Program-made: the position numbers and the translations under genes
Source: an uncultured Bdellovibrio sp.
Lineage (GTDB): Bacteria > Bdellovibrionota > Bdellovibrionia > Bdellovibrionales > Bdellovibrionaceae
Assembly (NCBI GenBank): GCA_963932905.1
Contig: CAWVRN010000019.1
Coordinates: 1 to 64,000, forward strand
Direction: 5' to 3'
Length of the DNA stretch: 64,000 nucleotides
Shown: positions 56,657-64,000 of the stretch, piece after piece
Layout: each line of letters begins with the position of its first letter
How positions within the stretch are numbered: position 1 is the first letter of the stretch
The notes under the pieces: generated by a model
What the model saw: the letters and a program-made list of their open reading frames with translations, nothing else
The model's database searches: none
Told to the model about the DNA's origin: nothing

Positions 56657-58072
56657 ATGGTTCAACGTCTATTGATCATTTGTATTTTGCTCACTCATGC
56701 CTTTCTGGCTCATGGGTTCTCTGTGTCGGTAAAAGGTGCCAGTTCATCATCTGTTCCTGATTCGGCGGCTCCGTCGACGTTGTTGGTTAATGGTGGCTAT
56801 GCATTGCCGTCAAATTGTGCGACTCGTGATGGATCGACAACCTGTGATTCTTGCAATGGTGTAAATATCGAGGTGGCCTCGGGTACGACAGCGCCTGCTC
56901 CCTGCAATAACAATAGTATCTATGATGAATTGCCCCTAACAATAGAAGTAGAATCGGACAAAACCGACATCACAACCTATGCTGTTGGCGTGTCGAAGTC
57001 TTCAGAGTATTCAACAAATCCAATTACGACAATTAGTTTGGCGGCTGTAAATGGTAGAACTTATGCCTTCACAGCAACATGGGCGCAATTGGCATCAGCA
57101 TTTGAATTATCATTCACGTGTACGGCTACAACCGGATGTGGCGGGCTAAAGACTTTATATTTCGGCCCGATCAAAGACGATAAGTTTGTCGAGTATGTGA
57201 CCGTAAAAATTAATTTTAGCATTGTGAACTATTCGAATTTGTCGACTCCTTACAATGGAATCATTAAAGGCAAAGCGACTTGGTGTACGCCAAACTCACT
57301 GGATCCATTGACGTCAAACATTTCTTCCAATGGTCTATGTTACTTTGAAATGTTTCCCGGCGATCAAAAAGCCTACATTACAAACTTTATTGCTGGATGG
57401 GGAGCTTCACCTGTCGATCCAGATACCAGTTTAACATATAGCAATTTAACTATGTTTTATGCTGAAAAATCTGCCAGTGCTAGTGTGCTAGATACTTTGA
57501 AATCAATTACAAATAAATCGGCGAATTCATCGGTGGGTTTGACGACAACGGTAGGTGATCCTTTGTCCAGTTATAAGATTGAAGGTCTGGAAAATGGCAC
57601 TGCGGATAGCTCGAAAACATACTGTTTTCTTCCGGCATTAAAGGATGCGACAGGAACCTACTTGTATTTCTTAGATTTTCAAGCAAATGGTATTACTACA
57701 GATCAATTCAATAATATGTGCGCAAGTCCTTCAGAAGTTGTCGGCATTTTAAGTGATAAAGATTGCTTTATCGCGACGGTGGCATTCGGTAGTCGTAACC
57801 ATATGTTTTTGGATATTCTTCGTGAATTCAGAAATAAATATTTACATCCGTTTTCTTGGGGCAAAAAATTTATAAAATTTTATTACGCGAACGGGCCGGG
57901 TTGGGCCAAACGCATATCTGAAAATACCCTGGCTAAAGCCGTTGTGAAAGTGACCTTGCTTCCAGTTATCGCCATCGCATTTTTGATACTTAATCCTCTA
58001 TGGCTTTGTGTTGCTAGTGGCGTTGGTTTCCTGGGTTATCGTCGTTGGAAACGTCGAGGTAGCAACAAATGA
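56657..58072 (+). CDS. Exported protein with a C-terminal CFI-box-CTERM-type domain
   Basis: Signal peptide; CFIATVAFGS...LREFRNKYL...GKKFIKFYYANGP followed by a hydrophobic helix and basic tail. Confidence 0.8.
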   Translation: MVQRLLIICILLTHAFLAHGFSVSVKGASSSSVPDSAAPSTLLVNGGYALPSNCATRDGSTTCDSCNGVNIEVASGTTAPAPCNNNSIYDELPLTIEVESDKTDITTYAVGVSKSSEYSTNPITTISLAAVNGRTYAFTATWAQLASAFELSFTCTATTGCGGLKTLYFGPIKDDKFVEYVTVKINFSIVNYSNLSTPYNGIIKGKATWCTPNSLDPLTSNISSNGLCYFEMFPGDQKAYITNFIAGWGASPVDPDTSLTYSNLTMFYAEKSASASVLDTLKSITNKSANSSVGLTTTVGDPLSSYKIEGLENGTADSSKTYCFLPALKDATGTYLYFLDFQANGITTDQFNNMCASPSEVVGILSDKDCFIATVAFGSRNHMFLDILREFRNKYLHPFSWGKKFIKFYYANGPGWAKRISENTLAKAVVKVTLLPVIAIAFLILNPLWLCVASGVGFLGYRRWKRRGSNK

Positions 58073-59061
58073 AAATCAAATTAGTTTTTGCATTTTTGTA
58101 TGTTTCTACCTTAGTGTGTGCGCAATCACCGGATGACGTTTTTTTGGAAGTAGATCCAAATACTCCCAAAGCAGAAGCGCCGGTAGAAGATTTGCCACCG
58201 AACGAACCACCGTACACTAAAACTCAAGATGAACTCGAAGCTCAGAAATTACTGAATCAAGATATTCCTCCAGAGGTTGAAGATACGCCCGAGGCTCCGA
58301 AAAAGAAACCGGCGCCAGCTGCGAAAGTAGTTGAAACTGAATCCAGTCAATCGGGTCGACAAAAAATCGCCCATCCTGATGCAAAACGTGGTTTGTATTT
58401 AATCGATCAAAACACAGGTAAGTATTATTACAAAACAGAAAAACTTTCGAAGAAAAACCAATCGACCTCGATTCGCGTGGGGAGCATTACTCGTCCCAAT
58501 ATCACGATGGAATCGGGTGGTAATACATATACGTTTCAAGATATTTACGGCAGTAATGATTTGACCTTTTTGATGTTGGATTACGAATGGCAGCCTTTTC
58601 GGTCGTTTGGAAAACTGGGTGTAGTGATGGGCGCGGGGTTTTTCACAGCTTCTGGTAACGGGCGGTTCGCAAATCCAGCAGTACAGGACGGTGAGCCGGC
58701 CAAGGAAACTTTTACTTTTATTGGACTACCGATTTCATTGGGTGGAATTTATCGTTTAGAATTTTCTGAACGTCAGTGGTTTGCTCCCTTCGTAATTGGG
58801 GGCGGAAGTTATTACGTATTGGCGGAATTGCGTGATGACGGGAAGGCTCCTAAAATCGTGGGAACTCCGGCGGCGTATGCTGGTGGCGGTATCCTGTTAA
58901 ATATCACTCGCTGGAGCAAAGACATCGATTTTGCCATGGACCGCGAATACGGTATCAGTAATATGTGGTTATCTGCAGAGTTTCGCACAATACAAAGTGG
59001 AAACGAAGATTTAGATGTCAGTTCTGACGTATTCAACATCGGGATCTCTGTCGATTACTAA
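58069..59061 (+). CDS. Outer-membrane beta-barrel protein with a Pro/acidic N-terminal region
   Basis: Signal peptide; amphipathic strands; terminal ISVDY; 4-nt overlap with the previous gene. Confidence 0.7.
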   Translation: MKIKLVFAFLYVSTLVCAQSPDDVFLEVDPNTPKAEAPVEDLPPNEPPYTKTQDELEAQKLLNQDIPPEVEDTPEAPKKKPAPAAKVVETESSQSGRQKIAHPDAKRGLYLIDQNTGKYYYKTEKLSKKNQSTSIRVGSITRPNITMESGGNTYTFQDIYGSNDLTFLMLDYEWQPFRSFGKLGVVMGAGFFTASGNGRFANPAVQDGEPAKETFTFIGLPISLGGIYRLEFSERQWFAPFVIGGGSYYVLAELRDDGKAPKIVGTPAAYAGGGILLNITRWSKDIDFAMDREYGISNMWLSAEFRTIQSGNEDLDVSSDVFNIGISVDY

Positions 59062-59146
59062 GACAGTAAAACTTTCAGTACCTGCTAATTTTTGCCGAAT
59101 AAAAATATGACAGCGATTTCAATCTGCGCATGAATTATAAAGAGAT

Positions 59147-59935
59147 GTGGAATTGTTAAAGTTTTTTATTCTATCTCTAGTTCTTGTTTCATCGATGGCT
59201 TGCCAGAAACGCAAAGCCGCGCCAGTTAATGTTGCTGTGCCTGATGTGGCGGCTGAACAGGGCCATGTTAACGAAGATCCAAATGGACTGTCGCCAACTC
59301 TGTATTTCGTCCCTGTGCTGAATTCGAAAAAAATCGAGTGTCGTGGTGATGACGTGAAGTCGATCAAGAATGCAAAAGGGCAAACCATCGCGCGCGTGTG
59401 TGAAGCTGATTATAAAGTTTGTGTAATGCAGGGTACGTGCCTGTTAAGTGAAAATCGTGGAATGCGCATCGTGACCTTTACGACTCGACGTGGGAAAGTG
59501 CCTACTTTTTCCGAGAACAGCAAAAAAGAATGCCCTTACGGATTAGGTGTAAAAGACATTTGTTTAGATCCTTACTACACGGTAGCAGCTGATTTAAATT
59601 TTCATAAATTAGGTGATGTAATTTTTATTCCGTCAGTACGTGGTGTTCAGCTACCAAATGGCGAAATTCACGACGGCTACTTTGTTGTTCGTGATTCTGG
59701 TTCTGCCATAAAGTCAGAAAAGCGGTTTGATTTTTTCACAGGTTTTGACAAAGACACTGATACGTCTAATGTTTTCAAAAAATTGGGATTAGACGCAAAA
59801 GAAAATCGTTTCAAGCACGAAAAAGCTTCTGAAGAAATCGCAGTTAAAGTGCGTGCTAAACGAAACTATCCAAAAATTAACAAAAAACAATTGGCCGAAG
59901 CCAACGCCTTTATCAAAAGTGCGATGGCCCGTTAG
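59147..59935 (+). CDS. 3D-domain (MltA-type three-Asp) cell-wall lipoprotein
   Basis: Lipobox SMAC; TVAAD, VRDSGSAIK, RFDFFTG. Confidence 0.8.
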   Translation: MELLKFFILSLVLVSSMACQKRKAAPVNVAVPDVAAEQGHVNEDPNGLSPTLYFVPVLNSKKIECRGDDVKSIKNAKGQTIARVCEADYKVCVMQGTCLLSENRGMRIVTFTTRRGKVPTFSENSKKECPYGLGVKDICLDPYYTVAADLNFHKLGDVIFIPSVRGVQLPNGEIHDGYFVVRDSGSAIKSEKRFDFFTGFDKDTDTSNVFKKLGLDAKENRFKHEKASEEIAVKVRAKRNYPKINKKQLAEANAFIKSAMAR

Positions 59936-60072
59936 CGATTTACACCTGTATAAATTAACTACAGATGCCCTGGCTCAAATCCTTCCTATTCTTTTGCTCA
60001 ATCATTTGAACGGCATTCAAATGGCAAAGTGTTTCTTCGTTAGTTCAAAACCAAACTAAACAAGGAGTAAGA

Positions 60073-60621
60073 ATGAAAAGAGCAATTTTATCTGCGGTAG
60101 TCATATTAGTAGCATCTCAAGCAACGTTGGCAAAATCAGGTGCCGAGTGCAAATTGGACTTAGCCCAAATTTCTAGTCAGTATAAAAATGGTAAGTATCT
60201 TTTAGAGCAGAAAGATGGTGTACCTGATATCGCCGATTGCAAAAACGTCGATCTACCTGCTGAAAATGTTGATAACAAGGTGTTTATCACAGCAGATAAA
60301 TCTGCTTTGATCATCCAGAACAACAAAACTCAAACACTTTCCTTTTCTATCATTCCAGGGAAAATCACTGACTATGCAGTTATGGCTGGTCGTTTGATTA
60401 TTTCAACGGCGGATAATAAAGTATTGGTTGTCGGTCGTAACGGAAACATTTTTGAAATGTTAACGTCGACGGGAAAATCGTATTCCGATGTTAAGTCTAT
60501 AAAAATTGATAAAGGTGTATTGGTCATGGAACAGAATGCAAATGCGCCAATTCCTTTAACTGAAGAACAGGTTACAAAACGTATTAACGACGCCGGGAAA
60601 TTCCGCGCTCTTTCGTTTTAA
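60073..60621 (+). CDS. Hypothetical secreted protein
   Basis: AGGAG RBS; signal peptide; followed by a terminator. Confidence 0.75.
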   Translation: MKRAILSAVVILVASQATLAKSGAECKLDLAQISSQYKNGKYLLEQKDGVPDIADCKNVDLPAENVDNKVFITADKSALIIQNNKTQTLSFSIIPGKITDYAVMAGRLIISTADNKVLVVGRNGNIFEMLTSTGKSYSDVKSIKIDKGVLVMEQNANAPIPLTEEQVTKRINDAGKFRALSF

Positions 60622-60644
60622 TTGCTAAGTATGACCTCGAATTT

Positions 60645-60675
60645 AAAGCGCCGCCAATTTGGTAGGCGCTTTTTT
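60645..60675 (+). terminator. Rho-independent terminator
   Basis: AAAGCGCC-GCCA-ATT-TGGT-A-GGCGCTTT followed by a T-run. Confidence 0.75.
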
Positions 60676-60933
60676 ATTGCCCCGATCGGCTGTCTCGTTT
60701 CGGGAAGGGCAAGTCGCTAAAATCTCTAGTTATTCTCATCTTATTTCTGAAATCCCTATTAAATATTGATATTTAACGTAACGCGTCTAAACTAGTAGTT
60801 AAGACTGCGTTTAGAGGTTATTGGGCTTTGGAGTCCTGGCTGTGACTGGCCGGACTCCGATTTTTCCTGGTCCAAGGGCTTGGATCACAAAAAGAGCCAG
60901 AGTTGTGTGGGCGCCATTGAGAGGAGCTCAAAC

Positions 60934-61755
60934 GTGAAGATATTCAGCCAAGCTGCTTTGTTATCTACCCAGCGGGTGATGCAGCAAAATCAAAATCAAT
61001 TAGAGGTCGCCATGAAGCAACTTGCTAGTGGTAATCGTTTTGCCAACAGTGCAGTGGATGCTGCTGGGCAAGCTATTTCAGAAAATATCAAATCCCAAGT
61101 GCGTGGTACCGAGGCCGCTACCGCCAATGCGGAAAATGCCACTAGCTTAGTTCAGCAAGCTGAAGGTGCGTTGAATGAGCAAAATAATATTTTGATTCGA
61201 ATGCGTGAGTTGTCGGTGCAGGCAGCCAGTGATACTGTGTCGGATGTTGAGCGCGAATTTATCAATTATGAATTTGAGCAAATTAACAGCGAGTTAGATC
61301 GTATCGCAAAGACCACTCGATTTGGTTCTCAGAACCTCCTTGATGGAAGCTCGCGTACGTACGATTTTCAAGTTGGTTTGGATAAAGGTGCCTCCTCGCG
61401 AATCGTGTACAACCAGGATTCTGACACGACGGCCGCTTCACTTGGTGTGGATGGGTTGTCGGTGGATAGTCAGTCATCGGCACTAGACTCGATGGACGCC
61501 ATCGACGAGGCACTGCAAAGAATCAGCGGCGAGCGTGCAAAACTAGGGGCCGTGCAAAGTCGTTTAGAATTCGCCATCAACAACAACGAAAGCCAAAAAG
61601 AAAATCTTTCGTCAGCCTACTCAAAACTAGCGGACACCGATATAGCCAAAGCCTTCACAGAAATGCGAAGAGCACAAATTCTTCAGCAATACCAAGTAGC
61701 AGTTCTAGCCAACGCCAACGAAAGCCAAGGCTACGCCCTAAAACTCATCGCTTGA
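60934..61755 (+). CDS. fliC: Flagellin (divergent N-terminus)
   Basis: LASGNR, DAAG, RMRELSVQAASDT, RAKLGAVQSRLE, ADTDIA; GTG 60934 follows GAGGAG. Confidence 0.9.
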   Translation: MKIFSQAALLSTQRVMQQNQNQLEVAMKQLASGNRFANSAVDAAGQAISENIKSQVRGTEAATANAENATSLVQQAEGALNEQNNILIRMRELSVQAASDTVSDVEREFINYEFEQINSELDRIAKTTRFGSQNLLDGSSRTYDFQVGLDKGASSRIVYNQDSDTTAASLGVDGLSVDSQSSALDSMDAIDEALQRISGERAKLGAVQSRLEFAINNNESQKENLSSAYSKLADTDIAKAFTEMRRAQILQQYQVAVLANANESQGYALKLIA

Positions 61756-61831
61756 GGGGTACCTCCTAACATTCTGGTACCCAGCGCATTAGACGCTGCG
61801 GGTACCAGAATGTTAGGAGGTACCCTCAAGC
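61750..61831. repeat. 82-nt near-perfect palindrome containing four GGTACC sites (REP-like/terminator)
   Basis: GCTTGAGGGGTACCTCCTAACATTCTGGTACCC pairs with GGGTACCAGAATGTTAGGAGGTACCCTCAAGC (one bulge). Confidence 0.9.
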
Positions 61832-61953
61832 TAGACCTTTGACCCTCCTGGACTGGACCTTTAGCCTCCTTTTTAAAATATTTTTTCATGGCCAATTTCT
61901 AGTAGTTACGCGTACTAGACGCGTTGCGTTTTAAAATTACCTGGACCAAGGGC

Positions 61954-61980
61954 TAAAGTTTCCTGGACCAAAGCCGAAGT
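61954..61980 (+). promoter_or_regulatory. sigma28 (FliA)-type promoter
   Basis: TAAA-N15-GCCGAAGT between the two flagellin genes. Confidence 0.6.
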
Positions 61981-61985
61981 AGTCT

Positions 61986-62123
61986 GTGAACACGTTGGAG
62001 CAACCTTGCGATCCGGACCTCGATTCGCAGTCGAACATCCCTTCTCAAGGCTTCCCAGAGGAAGTACTCAAGAGACCAGTCACCTCGAGAGTATTTTTCC
62101 TCCAGGAGCTCCCCAAAAAATAA
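61986..62123 (+). CDS. Candidate leaderless 45-aa small protein (or structured sRNA)
   Basis: GTG 5 nt after the sigma28 -10 box; open to TAA 62121-62123; hairpin at 62130-62153. Confidence 0.3.
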   Translation: MNTLEQPCDPDLDSQSNIPSQGFPEEVLKRPVTSRVFFLQELPKK

Positions 62124-62424
62124 AATCAGTGAGTTTTTGCGCAAGTAAAAACTCTGAGCCAGTAAGTTGATTGCTTTGTCCGTGTATTGGGACGAGCAAA
62201 TTGACTTGTGGTCAAGCAGCGCGCTTGGGCTTAGAAGCCTTTAAGCGCATGGTTTTCACAGAACCTATTCCAAAATAGGTCTTGTCGAAAAAAAGGCACT
62301 GCTACGCTCAAAATACTTCCTCATCGAAGTTCTGATTTTAATTTGTATTCATTGATTAAAACTGAATTTGGTTTTGGAACCTCAAGTGTGAGCGAAGTTT
62401 CCAAAGTAACCCCCAAATTCTTTG

Positions 62425-62442
62425 ATATCCACAGGAGGATAT
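62425..62442 (+). promoter_or_regulatory. CsrA-type hairpin overlapping the flagellin RBS
   Basis: ATATCC-ACAGGA-GGATAT immediately before ATG 62444. Confidence 0.55.
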
Positions 62443-62443
62443 A

Positions 62444-63271
62444 ATGGGCTTAAGAATACAAACAAATATGGCGTCGATATCGGCACAAAAGGTGCTCGGC
62501 ATCCAGCAAAAGCGTCAAGAGCATGCCTCACAAGCATTAGCGAGTGGTACACGTATCGTTAAAGCCGGTGACGATGCCGCAGGTCTTGCGATTTCACAGA
62601 GCATGAATGCGCAAGTAAAAGGGATGCAAATGGCGCGTATGAACTCATTCAACGCCGTCAGTGCGATCCAAGTATCAGAAGGTGGTCTGAATGAAATCAG
62701 TAACATCTTAGTGCGCTTGAGAGAACTAGGTATCCAAGCGGCATCTGATAATATCGGAGATAAAGAGAGAGAGTTCCTAGATCTAGAAGCACAGAACATT
62801 ATCGCGGAAGCCGATCGTATTGCTAAAACGACAACGTTTGGTAATAAAGTATTGCTAGATGGTTCCGGCGGTAGTCAAACGTTCCATGTCGGTGCGTTTG
62901 GTGGTGAAGAAAACACGATCACGTATGACTTGTCTTCAGATGCCACGGCATCAGCGATAGGAATCGATGGTCTATCTGTTGCGGACAAAGGAAGTGCACG
63001 CGATCTATTACAAACAGTAGATGAGTCGATGCAACAAATCGGTGCGATGCGAGCGAATTTTGGTGCGATCCAGAATCGTCTTGAGATCACAACGAACAAC
63101 TTAGATACCCAAATTGAAAATCTATCCGCGGCTAAGTCACGTATTGCAGATACTGATATTGCCAGAGAGTCGTCAGAATTAGCGTCATCGCAAGTACTAC
63201 AAAGTGCAGCGGTGTCCGTACTGGCGCAAGCAAATCAATCCCAAGGCGTAGCTTTGAAGTTGATAGGCTAA
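62444..63271 (+). CDS. fliC: Flagellin
   Basis: MGLRIQTN, LASGTRIVKAGDDAAGLAI, RANFGAIQNRLE, SRIADTDIA, AQANQ. Confidence 0.96.
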   Translation: MGLRIQTNMASISAQKVLGIQQKRQEHASQALASGTRIVKAGDDAAGLAISQSMNAQVKGMQMARMNSFNAVSAIQVSEGGLNEISNILVRLRELGIQAASDNIGDKEREFLDLEAQNIIAEADRIAKTTTFGNKVLLDGSGGSQTFHVGAFGGEENTITYDLSSDATASAIGIDGLSVADKGSARDLLQTVDESMQQIGAMRANFGAIQNRLEITTNNLDTQIENLSAAKSRIADTDIARESSELASSQVLQSAAVSVLAQANQSQGVALKLIG

Positions 63272-63350
63272 TTAAAGTTTAAGTTATAGAGTTCAGTTAG
63301 AAGTTCAAGATAGAGTAGTCGCCCACACATCTTCTACTCTTAAGCCCAAC

Positions 63351-63377
63351 CCCGGAGGGCCATTCCGGTTCTCCGGG
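63351..63377 (+). terminator. GC-rich hairpin downstream of flagellin
   Basis: CCCGGAGGGCC-ATTCC-GGTTCTCCGGG, short T-run a few nt later. Confidence 0.5.
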
Positions 63378-63428
63378 GACATTTTTGGGGCTTTGAAGTG
63401 GGTGACAGATATTTAGGAGAGTATAGAA

Positions 63429-63803
63429 GTGAAAAAATCATTTCTATCCGCTTTACTTGCCTTTGGATTATCTTTGCCTTCGCAAAGAACGGTGACAATG
63501 GGATCTTTCGCGCATGGTGAGCCGAAAGAAAAGACGACGGTCACTCCATGGGAAGTAAAAATGGCCAACTACCTAAAGGGCCTCCCGAACGACGTTGTAT
63601 TGTTGATACAGCGAATGGACAACTGTGACCATTGGGCTGGTGAAGATGGCTACGATGAAGAACGCGCTAAAGAAATAGAAGCTGCAGTTAGTAAGTTGAA
63701 ATGTGAATCTATAGACGCGGATAGAGCTCGAATTCTTAAGAAATATAAATCCAAAAAATCTGTCGTTAATAAAATCAAAAATTATCCTGCTGGTCTGGAA
63801 TAA
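63429..63803 (+). CDS. Hypothetical exported protein
   Basis: AGGAGA RBS; signal-like N-terminus; CDHWAGEDGYDEER...LKC. Confidence 0.7.
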   Translation: MKKSFLSALLAFGLSLPSQRTVTMGSFAHGEPKEKTTVTPWEVKMANYLKGLPNDVVLLIQRMDNCDHWAGEDGYDEERAKEIEAAVSKLKCESIDADRARILKKYKSKKSVVNKIKNYPAGLE

Positions 63804-64000
63804 AATCCCACGCTTTTTGAAGTTTGAAGGACTTTCTTTTTTTAAGCTTGGCTCTGGATGGTGCAAGGGGACTTCCTTCCGAGGAGATTTTTATTTTCAA
63901 AAAGTATGGCAGAAACCTGGTAGGCGCCCGACGGCAATCCTCGCAAACCCGCTCAGCACTAGGTCTAGCTAGTCCTTCATCCCCACGACTTTCATCACCC

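Noticed and set aside
59075..59133. sigma28-like site TCAG-N15-GCCGAATA followed by an ATG
   Set aside because: The -35 match is weak and the ATG opens only an 8-codon frame, out of frame with the 3D-domain gene.
61981..62200. c-di-GMP-I (GEMM) riboswitch
   Set aside because: I could not find the GGCAAAC...GAAA...GACGCAAAG...CUAA pattern.
63860..64000. GC-rich non-coding end of the window, possible RNA gene
   Set aside because: No tRNA, tmRNA, RNase P or SRP signature recognised, and it is truncated by the window edge.

Overview
Bacterial chromosome segment that looks like a Bdellovibrionales predator. This is inferred from the gene set and order (flgFGAHIJ, fliLMNOPQR-flhBAF-flhG-fliA, maf-yggS-proC-divIVA-yggU, tadC-DUF192-FHA cluster, two flagellins, an FQNC-type lipoprotein). 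No rRNA, tRNA, CRISPR or transposase was recognised. Most notable: (1) a ~13 kb island between the two flagellar blocks with two paralogous predicted outer-membrane barrels, a lipoprotein subtilase, two Cys-repeat lipoproteins and a convergent MotA/MotB-like pair whose MotB has a coiled coil plus a YfaP/DUF2135-like domain instead of the OmpA-like peptidoglycan-binding domain; (2) a secreted phospholipase D next to a 1174-aa lipoprotein with a degenerate Fic motif and R / STT / QxE motifs suggesting an ADP-ribosyltransferase; (3) a structured flgI-flgJ intergenic stretch with four GGA-loop hairpins resembling CsrA sites; (4) a ~240-nt nested inverted-repeat element between proC and divIVA; (5) sigma28-like promoters 5-7 nt upstream of start codons, one revealing an unannotated 45-codon ORF. 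All family calls come from motif recognition by eye; no searches were run.
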